In this document: positions 18,989-27,828 of the stretch, in pieces
How the letters are laid out: each line of letters starts with the position of its first letter
Position numbering within the stretch: position 1 is the stretch's first letter
Assembly: GCA_027622595.1 (NCBI GenBank)
Contig: JAQBZZ010000004.1
Span: forward strand, 575 to 64,574
DNA: 64,000 nucleotides
DNA from: Chloroflexota bacterium
Lineage (GTDB): Bacteria; Chloroflexota; Dehalococcoidia; Lucifugimonadales; UBA2985
Direction: 5' to 3'
The notes under the pieces: model-generated
Told to the model about the DNA's origin: nothing
Seen by the model: only the letters and a program-made list of their open reading frames with translations
Database searches by the model: none
Translations under genes and position numbers: made by a program

Positions 18989-20226
18989 GAATGCGTTCCT
19001 GCCTGCTCTCCCACGGGCGGGGTACCGGGAAGACGCCAGGGATGCTGCAAGGCCTGGGCTATATCCTCGTTTTTCCTGAGCAGGTAGGTAGGCACGCCTC
19101 TTCTTTGAAGCTGGCTGAGAAGGAGCCGGGGGTCTCCCGTGGCACCAAAGGATGTGGGGTCTATCAACACCGCCGTTGCCGAAACGCCCTGCCGGATCAC
19201 AGATTCCAAGGCGACACCCCATGCGGGGTCAACGGAAGAGGTTATCACCGCCAGGGAGACGGTAGGAGAGGGAATGTGGGACTGCCAGTAGACGAGGAGT
19301 TCTCTGAGAGGAACAGTGCCCTCGGCACGTGCCTCGGTCAGGGCCACAAACATACGGTCCAGAGAGAGCGCGCCTTCCTGTGGTGAAAGGACGTACTGGC
19401 GGTCTCCGTAAGACATCATCCCCACCGCCCATCCCATCTGTGAGTAGCTCTTGGCAATGGAGGCTGCCGCGGTTACCGCATACTCCTCGGTGTTCTCAAC
19501 CTCGTCCCCTTCCTTAATCTCCGCCTGTAGGTCAAGGAGAATCCAGGCCACATCTTCCATTCCGCCATCGAACTGCTTCAGCATGATGTTGCCCCTGCGG
19601 GCGGTCGCAGGCCAGTGGATATACCTGGTGCTGTCTTCCGACCGGTATTCCCGTAGGGTGGAGGCAGAGGCGCTGGATTCAGGAGTACTCCTCAAGAACG
19701 ACCCCTCTCCGCTGAAGTCCCCCTGGGACAGAGAGAATGGTGGAATGTCCACCATGTACGGCAGCACCACAAGCTGCTCCCCTCCAGGTCCTCGGCATTG
19801 CAGCCGGAATATACCGAATGGGTCTTTGCTGGAAACGGTGGGCGAACCAACCCTGTAGATGCCGCGCTTCATGAGGGGGATTTTCAATACCAGAGATAAA
19901 TCTCCGAAGGGTGGCAGGTTTATCACTGCTCCCGTATTGTGGCCGGGCACCTCAGAAAGATCGTTTATCTCAAGGCTGAACTTGGGCAGCGGGCTTGAGT
20001 TATGAATGGCGACCCGGCTCTCCAGGTACTCCCCCACCCGGAGTTTGCCATACGTCCTGTTGACCGTGACATGGGTTGCCAGCAGGTTCAGATAAGCCCA
20101 CATGAAGCTGCCCGCCGCCACCAGCGCGGTGAGGAAGAATACTCGAAAGTACACGGGCACGCCGGAACCCAGCGCCAGGAGAAGGGTGACGATCAATAGC
20201 AAAAGTATGGTGTATATACGTTTCAT
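18985..20226 (-). CDS. DUF58 domain protein (vWA-like partner of MoxR)
   Basis: Two N-terminal TM helices and REYRSEDSTRYIHWPATARRGNIMLKQF (the DUF58 signature) are present. Confidence 0.8.
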   Translation of the reverse strand: MKRIYTILLLLIVTLLLALGSGVPVYFRVFFLTALVAAGSFMWAYLNLLATHVTVNRTYGKLRVGEYLESRVAIHNSSPLPKFSLEINDLSEVPGHNTGAVINLPPFGDLSLVLKIPLMKRGIYRVGSPTVSSKDPFGIFRLQCRGPGGEQLVVLPYMVDIPPFSLSQGDFSGEGSFLRSTPESSASASTLREYRSEDSTRYIHWPATARRGNIMLKQFDGGMEDVAWILLDLQAEIKEGDEVENTEEYAVTAAASIAKSYSQMGWAVGMMSYGDRQYVLSPQEGALSLDRMFVALTEARAEGTVPLRELLVYWQSHIPSPTVSLAVITSSVDPAWGVALESVIRQGVSATAVLIDPTSFGATGDPRLLLSQLQRRGVPTYLLRKNEDIAQALQHPWRLPGTPPVGEQAGTHS

Positions 20227-21113
20227 GGTCGCTCAACCCGGCCTTGTGCACCGTCATCCACATCTTTCTCGGCCTCGGCGTGCGTACCGCCCTTGAAAAA
20301 GACCTCCCAGCCGGCGACGACGCCCGCGGCGGCTACGATCATACCCGGGATGGTCCAGGCCAGCACCGGCAGCAGCGGATAGCGGTCGAATGGAATCTGC
20401 GCAGTACCCTCAAGGAAGTGGGGGCCGTCGTAAGACCAGGTGGACACCCATTCTATGCCGAGGCCGGTTATCAGCAGCATCACTATTCCCGGAACCACCA
20501 GTCCTTTGCGTGTGAGCACGATGGCAAGGACTATCAAACCGCTGATTCCAATGGGAGTCGCCACATTCAGAAACATACGACGAGGAATAAAGATCAGTAT
20601 GGAGTTGTTGGCAATGTCGCCAATGAGGGCAGTGGTGAAGAACAGGAACGCTATCGCCGATAGAAGCCCTATGGAGAGGAACACGTTGGAGGTGTTGTTG
20701 GGCCTCAAGCTTGGAATGGACGTTTCAAGGAGGAGGAAAAGCAGAAGGGGAATGGCCAGGGTGTATTGCCATAGAGGAGGCGCAAGGGCCTTCACATCCA
20801 GGAGAGTGGGAGTGTCATAATCTATGGGTAGGAACTGCAGAATGGGCAGGAGAATGAGCAAAGCAACACTGACGCCCCAGAAAGCCAGGGCTACCATCCG
20901 GCGTCCCGCAACGGCGTAGGAGCTTGCATAGAGCGTCAGCGCACCAAGGCCAAGGGTCACAAGCATTGCCGGCAACTGTAAAAGAGGCTTGGGTTGACTC
21001 TGTGCCTCGACCAGCAGCACCCCGAATGCTGCGACCAGCGACACACCCACGGCCGCGGCCACCAACCTGGTCAGGCTGTTGGCCTGTAAGTACGAGATAC
21101 GGTTTATCTCCAT
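20223..21113 (-). CDS. polytopic membrane protein, unknown function
   Basis: About 8 hydrophobic segments are present. Its stop overlaps the DUF58 start (ATGA at 20223-20226). Confidence 0.6.
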   Translation of the reverse strand: MEINRISYLQANSLTRLVAAAVGVSLVAAFGVLLVEAQSQPKPLLQLPAMLVTLGLGALTLYASSYAVAGRRMVALAFWGVSVALLILLPILQFLPIDYDTPTLLDVKALAPPLWQYTLAIPLLLFLLLETSIPSLRPNNTSNVFLSIGLLSAIAFLFFTTALIGDIANNSILIFIPRRMFLNVATPIGISGLIVLAIVLTRKGLVVPGIVMLLITGLGIEWVSTWSYDGPHFLEGTAQIPFDRYPLLPVLAWTIPGMIVAAAGVVAGWEVFFKGGTHAEAEKDVDDGAQGRVERP

Positions 21114-21225
21114 CTTCTGTTACCCGTCCGTCCCCCTAAAGATCCGACAGGAGAGACGCCTCCAATACCATTCGGTGATGCAATTGCATCAATAGTAAAT
21201 TGTAACATTTTCGCTGGTTCATCAA

Positions 21226-21270
21226 CCAGTTCCAGTTGTGCCAGTTCCAGTTGTGCCAGTTCCAGTTGTG
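21226..21270. repeat. 3 perfect tandem copies of the 15-mer CCAGTTCCAGTTGTG
   Basis: I read it directly from the sequence. It lies 113-157 bp upstream of the start codon of the 20223-21113 operon. Confidence 0.9.
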
Positions 21271-21361
21271 AGGGTATACGACTCTGCACAGGGGATTATT
21301 AAAAGGGTATCCCAGGTCAGCAGGTGTAAGAAAGTGGAAATTACGGGGTCGCCTTCAAGCC

Positions 21362-21411
21362 GGCATACAGCTTCTTGGATACCATCTTCGAGTCATACTC
21401 CGGTACCTTGC
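21362..21411 (-). pseudogene. displaced remnant of the uvrB 3' end
   Basis: 46 of 50 nt are identical to 22534-22583, the real uvrB 3' end plus stop. It encodes ..VPEYDSKMVSKKL versus the uvrB end ..[13 protein letters not shown], and the stop is mutated (TAA to TAT). Confidence 0.7.
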
Positions 21412-21437
21412 TTCTCGGTTCAAACATGAGCTGATGG

Positions 21438-22430
21438 CTAGGGTATCTCTATTACGACCGTCCAACTGTCTTGACCGCTGATCTCTAGATAGAAACTGCC
21501 CTTTCGACCATAGATCAAGGTTTCCCCAGAAGGCTCGTTACTGATTAGGGTATCAATCCGCGCACCTGTAGCTGGGTTGTACAACGTAAGGTAAAGATTG
21601 CCCGTCGCTTCCCACTTCAATCGCCACGGCGATGCGTCCACTATGAACGGCAAGGTGTTCTGATGGCCAACGCCAGTGAAACTCGCAATTACTCCTGATG
21701 GGGGTGTTGCCGTTGGTAAAGGTGGGTACGTCGCTGTCGCAGTGGGTTCAGTCGTTGGAGTGGGCATGACTGTAGCTGTGGAAGCAGGGGTAATGGTTGC
21801 CTTCGGCGTAGGAGCGACCGTCGGCGTTAAAGGTATGTATGTCGCTGTCGCAGTAGGTACAATCGTTGGAGTCGGCGTGGCTGCAGCTGATGAAGCAGGG
21901 ATAGTGGTTGCCGTCGGCGTAGGAGCGAACGTCGGTATTGAAGCTATGTACCTCACCGTTGCAGTAGGCACTGAGGTGGCTGTCGGCAGAACTGACGGTC
22001 TGAGTCCACCGTCAGATGGTGATTGCTCATCGTCCTTCACAAGGGCTATTCCTAGTAGCAGGATAACAGAAAAAGCCCCAATCATCCCAAATATGAACCC
22101 CTTAGACACATGAGGCACTTTCCACCTGTCTGAGCGGTCGCCTGGGCGTGGAGGACGCGGGGGCGAGCCTGACTGCGATGGAGGTTGGGGTGGATCAGCA
22201 CTGGCGTAACCTCTTCGGGCAAGTTCATCTTGGTCGTATTGCCTGCGGCGGGTAGGGTCGCGTAAGGCTTCGTAGGCAATGTTCACAAGTTTCATCATCT
22301 CAACCGCATTCGGCGATTTGTTCCGGTCAGGATGCCAATAACTAGCCGCGCGATGATATGCTGCCTGCAGCTGTTCCTCGGAGCAGTCAGGAGCAACACC
22401 CAGGATGGTGTAATAGTTCTGTTCAGCCAT
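21438..22430 (-). CDS. J-domain (DnaJ-like) membrane protein with Pro/Thr-rich 37-aa repeats and a C-terminal beta-rich domain
   Basis: The N-terminus NYYTILGVAPDCSEEQLQAAYHRAASYWHPDRN carries the HPD motif. One TM helix (FIFGMIGAFSVILLLGIALV) follows, then P/T/A repeats, then an 85-aa C-terminal domain. Confidence 0.8.
   Translation of the reverse strand: MAEQNYYTILGVAPDCSEEQLQAAYHRAASYWHPDRNKSPNAVEMMKLVNIAYEALRDPTRRRQYDQDELARRGYASADPPQPPSQSGSPPRPPRPGDRSDRWKVPHVSKGFIFGMIGAFSVILLLGIALVKDDEQSPSDGGLRPSVLPTATSVPTATVRYIASIPTFAPTPTATTIPASSAAATPTPTIVPTATATYIPLTPTVAPTPKATITPASTATVMPTPTTEPTATATYPPLPTATPPSGVIASFTGVGHQNTLPFIVDASPWRLKWEATGNLYLTLYNPATGARIDTLISNEPSGETLIYGRKGSFYLEISGQDSWTVVIEIP
21727..21988. 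repeat. about 2.4 tandem copies of a 111-bp (37-aa) unit inside the J-domain gene
   Basis: Units start at 21727, 21838 and 21949. The protein repeat is PTATxxYIxxxPTxAPTPxATxIPASxAxxxPTPTxx. Confidence 0.8.
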
Positions 22431-22536
22431 TAGCTTCCTTGCCCAAGTTATGACGGTGGCATTACCGCATCTGCAAGGGTGAGATTCCCATTTAGTATGG
22501 CTACCGGAGTAGGCGTAGCTCTTGAGTCAGGCTGGC

Positions 22537-24555
22537 TTACAGCTTTTTGGATACCATATTCGAGTCATACTCCGGTTCCTTGCCGGAGGCCATGACCTTG
22601 CGAAGCTCCACCATTTCATCACGCAGCAGAGCAGCCTTCTCGAACTCCAGCGACCTGGACGCCAGTTTCATCTGGGACTCCAGGTCCTTGATCACACGCA
22701 GCAGGTCGTCCTTGGGCATGTCCCGGTGTACCTCATAGGTCGGGCGTCTCTCGGCCACGGCCTTTACCCGTTCCGTGATATCTCTGATGGCCTTGTGAAT
22801 GCCCTGTGGGGTGATGCCGTGTTCCCTGTTGTGTGCTTCCTGGATTTCCCGCCGCCGATAGGTCTCTCCAATCGCCTTTTTCATGGAGTCGGTCATGTTA
22901 TCGGCGTACATGATGACGTGGCCGTCGGAGTGGCGGGCCGCCCGGCCAATGGTCTGGATTAGCGACGACCCGGAGCGCAGGTATCCCTCCTTGTCCGCGT
23001 CCAGAATGGCAACCAGGCTGACCTCCGGCAGGTCGAGGCCCTCCCGAAGAAGGTTGATCCCGACCACCACGTCGTGCACACCCAGACGGAGGTCGCGGAG
23101 TATCTCGCTGCGCTCCAGCGTGTCGATCTCCGAGTGGAGGTAGTGGGTCTTGACGTTCATCTCCTGTAGATAGTCAGCCAGCTCCTCCGCCATTCGCTTG
23201 GTAAGGGTGGTCACAAGGCACCGCTCTCCCCTGTCCACCCGCGTCCGTATCTGGTACAGCAGGTCGTCGATCTGGCCCTTTGTCGGCTTGACCTCGATGG
23301 TGGGGTCAAGCAGGCCGGTTGGTCGTATGACCTGCTCAACCATCTGCTGGCTGTGGCTGTACTCGTAGGCGCTTGGCGTCGCAGAGACGTATACGGCCTG
23401 GTTTATATGCTTCTCAATCTCATCGAAGTTGAGAGGCCGGTTGTCCATTGCAGACGGCAGACGGAAGCCGTAGTCAACAAGGGTCTGCTTCCTGGACATG
23501 TCCCCGTGGTACATCCCATGCATCTGCGGAATGGTCATGTGGCTTTCGTCTATGAACAGGAGGTAGTCGTCTGGGAAGTAGTCCAGCAGACACCAGGGGG
23601 TGCTTCCCTTTGAGCGTCTTCCAAGGGGAGCGGAGTAGTTTTCGACGCCGGAGCAGTAGCCCGCCTCACGCAGCATCTCCAGGTCGTACCTCGTGCGGTT
23701 CTCAAGACGCTGCGCCTCCAGGAGCTTGCCCTGGTCGCGGAACCAACCGACACGTTCCTCCATCTCCGCCTTGATGTCCTCAATGGCCAGGACCAGCTTC
23801 TCTTCAGAAGTGACGAAGTGCTTGGCAGGATATATATCCACCGAGTCTCGCTCACCGAAGACCTCGCCCGTAAGCGGGTCGAGTTCTAGGATACGCTCCA
23901 CCTCGTCGCCCCAGAACTGGACCTGCAACGCCACGTCCTCATACGCGGGCAGTATCTCCAGCGTATCGCCGCGGACGCGGAACTTTCCACGGGAGAGGTC
24001 CATGTCGTTGCGCTCGTACTGCTGGTTCACGAGCCGGCGAATGAGCTTGGAACGACTGTTCTGCTCCCCCTTGCGGAGGGATACAACGAAGCTCTGATAC
24101 TCCTCAGGCGCGCCCAGACCATAGATGCAGGACACGGAGGCTACTATCAGTACGTCACGTCGGGTGAGGAGTGAGCGAGTAGCGGAGTGACGCAGCTTGT
24201 CGATCTCGTCGTTGATGTTGGAGTCCTTCTCTATATATGTGTCCGTCTGGGGAACATATGCTTCCGGCTGGTAATAGTCGTAGTAGGACACAAAGTACTC
24301 AACGGCGTTGTTGGGGAAGAACTCCCTGAACTCCGTGGCAAGCTGGGCCGCCAGGGTCTTGTTGTGGGCGATGACAAGGGTGGGACGCTGCACCTTCTCG
24401 ACGACGTTGGCCATCGTGAAGGTCTTGCCGCTGCCCGTGACGCCAAGCAGGGTCTGATGCCGCAGGCCCTTGTTCACACCCTCCGCGAGCATGTCTATGG
24501 CCTGGGGCTGGTCTCCCGTTGGCCCGTAGTCTGAAACGATCTTGAATTCTGGCAT
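22537..24555 (-). CDS. uvrB: excinuclease ABC subunit B
   Basis: [10 protein letters not shown] Walker A, helicase motifs and a C-terminal UVR domain are present. Confidence 0.97.
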   Translation of the reverse strand: MPEFKIVSDYGPTGDQPQAIDMLAEGVNKGLRHQTLLGVTGSGKTFTMANVVEKVQRPTLVIAHNKTLAAQLATEFREFFPNNAVEYFVSYYDYYQPEAYVPQTDTYIEKDSNINDEIDKLRHSATRSLLTRRDVLIVASVSCIYGLGAPEEYQSFVVSLRKGEQNSRSKLIRRLVNQQYERNDMDLSRGKFRVRGDTLEILPAYEDVALQVQFWGDEVERILELDPLTGEVFGERDSVDIYPAKHFVTSEEKLVLAIEDIKAEMEERVGWFRDQGKLLEAQRLENRTRYDLEMLREAGYCSGVENYSAPLGRRSKGSTPWCLLDYFPDDYLLFIDESHMTIPQMHGMYHGDMSRKQTLVDYGFRLPSAMDNRPLNFDEIEKHINQAVYVSATPSAYEYSHSQQMVEQVIRPTGLLDPTIEVKPTKGQIDDLLYQIRTRVDRGERCLVTTLTKRMAEELADYLQEMNVKTHYLHSEIDTLERSEILRDLRLGVHDVVVGINLLREGLDLPEVSLVAILDADKEGYLRSGSSLIQTIGRAARHSDGHVIMYADNMTDSMKKAIGETYRRREIQEAHNREHGITPQGIHKAIRDITERVKAVAERRPTYEVHRDMPKDDLLRVIKDLESQMKLASRSLEFEKAALLRDEMVELRKVMASGKEPEYDSNMVSKKL

Positions 24556-24567
24556 GTTACCTTTGGC

Positions 24568-24783
24568 CTATGCTCCTACCGAAACCTTGAATACGACTTC
24601 CTCATCCCTTGGTATGGGCCACTTCGCCTCTATTAGCACCTCCAGATAGAGGTCTATCGCTTCCCTGACATTCCCCAGCGTCTCATCCAAGGTTTCTCCT
24701 TGGGAGTAGCAGCCGGGCAGTGCTGGCACTTCAACCCAGAACCCTCCCTTTTCAGCGCTGTGAACTATGACAGAATATTCCAT
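24568..24783 (-). CDS. hicB: HicB-family antitoxin (short form, no DNA-binding extension)
   Basis: MEYSVIVHSAEKGGFWVEVPALPGCYSQGETLDETLGNVREAIDLYLE is the classic HicB/UPF0150 fold signature. Confidence 0.75.
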   Translation of the reverse strand: MEYSVIVHSAEKGGFWVEVPALPGCYSQGETLDETLGNVREAIDLYLEVLIEAKWPIPRDEEVVFKVSVGA

Positions 24784-24793
24784 CTCAATAACC

Positions 24794-25006
24794 TTACAGG
24801 AGTTGTTCAAACTCCTCTACAGTAATCCCCGCCCTATCCAGGGCATCAAAAAGAATGCCTACCTTAACTGTGCCCCGATGAAACGGCAATACAAGCAGTC
24901 CCCTTTCAGGATGCCTGAGGATATAATGGCTACCCCGCGTCCGCGTTACCACATACCCCAATTTTTCAAAAGCCCGTATCGCGCGCTGTATTCTGACGTC
25001 TTACAC
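24794..25006 (-). pseudogene. hicA: hicA toxin gene with a stop at codon 2 (GTG-TAA)
   Basis: AGGAGA, then 10 nt, then GTG TAA, followed by an open frame DVRIQRAIRAFEKLGYVVTRTRGSHYILRHPERGLLVLPFHRGTVKVGILFDALDRAGITVEEFEQLL*. That frame matches the HicA pattern (.ai.a.ek.G...r..GSH....hp). No usable start codon follows the TAA. Confidence 0.6.
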
Positions 25007-25038
25007 TCTATGGGTTTCTCCTACTGCGATTTGGCCCA

Positions 25039-25809
25039 TTACTCCCTGGACGCAGCCACCCACACCATGTCGTCGCTGGCCTCGTCCAGGGGCTCGCGGT
25101 CGAAGTTCCCAAAAATATCAATCACATGGAAACCGCACAGCTCCAGCAGGTGCTGTGCCTCGAAGCGGTGCATATAGCGGAGCTGAAAGTCTCGGTATAG
25201 CTTTCGCACAACCTCCCCCGTCCCGTCCAACTCCTCGATAATCATGCGGACATCAATGACCTGGTTGTGGTTGTCGAAGCGGCTCTGGTCCCAGACAACC
25301 AGGCGGTGCCCGGTCTCAGGGTGAGACACGTCCCAGGAGTGGACGGCTGCCGTAGAATCTTCGGTCATGGTATCCAGGTCGGGGACAAAGATATCGAAGA
25401 CCAGCTTGCCACCCGGCAGCAGATGTGCCTTGACGCCATCCAGGCAGCGGCGCTGCTCCTCAACGTTGAGGAGGGAGAGGAAACCCCGGTATGGGATGAT
25501 GACCAGGGCGAACTTCCTGGACATGGAGAGGCTGCGCATGTCACCCCGTACCCAGGTGAGCTTTCCTCTGATGCGCCCCGCAGCTTTGGCCTTGCGACGG
25601 GCCACCTGAAGCATCTTCGCGGAGCTGTCCAGCCCAACGACCTCGATGCCTGCCTTTGCGATTGGTATGGCGACCCTACCAGTGCCGCATCCAAGTTCCA
25701 GGACGGGGCCGCCGGACTTCCTGGCCTCTTCGACGTAGAAGGGGATATCGTCCCGCTTCCAGGCATAGACCCAATCGTATAGATCGGCCCATTCATCAAA
25801 GGGGGTCAT
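25039..25809 (-). CDS. class I SAM-dependent methyltransferase
   Basis: Motif I is VLELGCGTGRV. I trimmed the start to the ATG at 25809, which has a GGAGA ribosome-binding site. The longer ORF-track version overlaps yebC. Confidence 0.8.
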   Translation of the reverse strand: MTPFDEWADLYDWVYAWKRDDIPFYVEEARKSGGPVLELGCGTGRVAIPIAKAGIEVVGLDSSAKMLQVARRKAKAAGRIRGKLTWVRGDMRSLSMSRKFALVIIPYRGFLSLLNVEEQRRCLDGVKAHLLPGGKLVFDIFVPDLDTMTEDSTAAVHSWDVSHPETGHRLVVWDQSRFDNHNQVIDVRMIIEELDGTGEVVRKLYRDFQLRYMHRFEAQHLLELCGFHVIDIFGNFDREPLDEASDDMVWVAASRE

Positions 25810-25894
25810 AGGTGGTTCTCCATTGAGGTTAGAGTCTAGCACCTCCCATTTTGGATCGGGTGCTAGGCCAAGATTGTCAGCCCTTACAAAAAAA

Positions 25895-26647
25895 TCAGCC
25901 CTTGTACTGTTCCAGGGCCTCGTCTGGGAAGTCGGCGTTGGTGTACACCTTCTGAATATCGTCCAGTTCTTCCAGGTGGTCCAGAAGGCGCAGCGCCTGT
26001 TCGGCGACCTTGGCATCCAGAAGTACCGTGTTGCTTGGCACCATGGATAGCTCTGCCGAACTGATCTTCACACCTCGCTGCTCCATAGCACTGCGCAGAG
26101 ATTCCAGGTTCCCAGGACTGGCATATAGCTCCAGGTAGGAGCCGTCCAGCTTGAAGTCCTCAGCGCCGGCATCTATCGCCACAAGCGCTATGTCCTCCCC
26201 CTCATCCGGGTTCACTTCCGCCGAGACGACCCCGCGCGACTCAAATATCCAGGACACGCACCCGGCCTCCCCAAGGCTGCCGCCAGCTCTGCTAAAGGAA
26301 GCACGAACATCCGAGACTGTACGTTGACGGTTGTCGGTAAGGGCATGGAGCAGTATGGCTACTCCGCCAGGGCCATATCCTTCGTAGATGGCTTCCACCA
26401 GGGCCTCGCCGCCTTCGCCGCCGCCGGCCCCGCGTTTGATGGCACGGTCAACGTTGTCTAGGGGCATGTTGTTCTCTTTGGCCTTCTGGACAGCCATTCG
26501 AAGGCGTACGTTCATGTCGGGGCTGTCCCCACCTTCCCTGGCCGCGACCGTAATCTCCCGGGCCAGTTTGGTGAATAGCTGACCCCTGCGGGCGTCAGTG
26601 ACACCCTTCTGATGCTTTATTGTGGACCACTTTGAATGACCAGACAT
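25895..26647 (-). CDS. yebC: YebC/PmpR family transcriptional regulator
   Basis: The N-terminus is MSGHSKWSTIKHQKG, with typical length and domain order. Confidence 0.9.
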   Translation of the reverse strand: MSGHSKWSTIKHQKGVTDARRGQLFTKLAREITVAAREGGDSPDMNVRLRMAVQKAKENNMPLDNVDRAIKRGAGGGEGGEALVEAIYEGYGPGGVAILLHALTDNRQRTVSDVRASFSRAGGSLGEAGCVSWIFESRGVVSAEVNPDEGEDIALVAIDAGAEDFKLDGSYLELYASPGNLESLRSAMEQRGVKISSAELSMVPSNTVLLDAKVAEQALRLLDHLEELDDIQKVYTNADFPDEALEQYKG

Positions 26648-26829
26648 CTGATTATTCCTTATGTGATATTTTGATGGCTCTTCGCGGGAATCTTATCATT
26701 GTCGGCCACCAAGGTCAAAGGCAGCAGGGCGAGCCCCTTCGTCAAGCTCAGGGCAGGCTCTGTACCCATAAAGGATATCAGGAGCCACATGTAGGATGCC
26801 TTGAGAAACTGGCCTCACACCCATAAGTT

Positions 26830-26951
26830 GTCATTACGAGGAGACGCAGGCGACCCGTTCGCTCTGGCTCAGGGTAAACTCCGCAATCTGGCCGTGGAGT
26901 GCGCCCCCCTCCAGATTGCCACGCCCCGATTTCATCGGGACTCGCAATGAC
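26830..26951. repeat. nested-palindrome REP/MITE-like element
   Basis: The termini are GTCATTACGAGG...CTCGCAATGAC, and the inner inverted repeat is GCAATCTGG...CCAGATTGC. It shares a 31-nt module, in inverted orientation, with the element at 32270. Confidence 0.85.
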
Positions 26952-26990
26952 GATGTCCTCCGCGGCAGCGAGAACTTCAGAGACGGGCCG

Positions 26991-27521
26991 CTAGCGAAGC
27001 CCTTCCGGCAGGTCCACAGTCATACGGCCCTTTTCCAGGTCCACTTCCAAAATGACGTCCTGAATGGCCGGCACAAGGACTTCATCTTCCCCATGGCGTA
27101 CCACATAGACATCGTTGCTGCCGGTGACGAGGATATCCTCCACCGTGCCAAGGAAGTCCCCCGTTATGGTCCAGACCTCCATGTCCAGAATCTGGAAGTG
27201 GTAATAGCTATCGGAAGACAACGACGGGACTTCATCCAGCGGCACATCCAACTGGAGTCCCTGAAGGCGCTGAGCATCCTCGCTAGTCTCTATGCCGCGG
27301 AACTTTATCAGTGCCAGCCCCTGATGCCATCGACACCGTTCAATCTGAAGAGCGCGGCCCTTTGCAAAAAGGTAGCTTCCCTTGGAAAACCGCTTGGGAT
27401 TATCGGTGTGCGGCTGAACCCTTACCTCGCCGTCAAATCCCCACGGCGCCGCGACGACACCAACGATAGCGACTTGAGGGAGGTGGTACTTGGATTTGGG
27501 AGAGGGAGATTCCTGGTTCAC
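26991..27521 (-). CDS. rimM: 16S rRNA processing protein RimM
   Basis: The VAIVGVVAAPWGFDGEVRV N-terminal barrel motif and a PRC barrel C-terminus are present. The gene sits in rpsP-KH-rimM order. Confidence 0.85.
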   Translation of the reverse strand: MNQESPSPKSKYHLPQVAIVGVVAAPWGFDGEVRVQPHTDNPKRFSKGSYLFAKGRALQIERCRWHQGLALIKFRGIETSEDAQRLQGLQLDVPLDEVPSLSSDSYYHFQILDMEVWTITGDFLGTVEDILVTGSNDVYVVRHGEDEVLVPAIQDVILEVDLEKGRMTVDLPEGLR

Positions 27522-27597
27522 AGCACAGAGTCAATCATTCGAAAGGGGGGAAACTACCAAAGAGATTTACAAGTATTTTACAAGGTATACATAAGAG

Positions 27598-27828
27598 TTA
27601 GACTATCTCAAGGCTGGCACGAACATCTTCTTTCACCGCCCGCACCCGCAACAGGACCCGCATGGCCTGTGCAACCCTGCCCTGCCTGCCGATGATCTTG
27701 CCCTTGTCCTCTTCGGCAACTTCCAGCTTGAGGACAATCTGGCCGTCTTCATCAGTGACCTCTGTGACACTCACCTCATCGGGCTTTGTGGCCAACGACT
27801 TAGCGATGTACTCTATTAACTCTTTCAT
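27598..27828 (-). CDS. KH-domain RNA-binding protein (UPF0109/YlqC-like)
   Basis: The GKIIGRQGR GXXG loop is present, in the conserved position between rpsP and rimM. Confidence 0.8.
   Translation of the reverse strand: MKELIEYIAKSLATKPDEVSVTEVTDEDGQIVLKLEVAEEDKGKIIGRQGRVAQAMRVLLRVRAVKEDVRASLEIV

Noticed and set aside
21104-21429. ORFs 21104-21289(-) and 21238-21429(+), with peptides such as QLELAQLELAQLELV and MPVPVVPVPVV.
   Set aside because: They are translations of the 15-bp tandem repeat and of the uvrB-end remnant, not genes.
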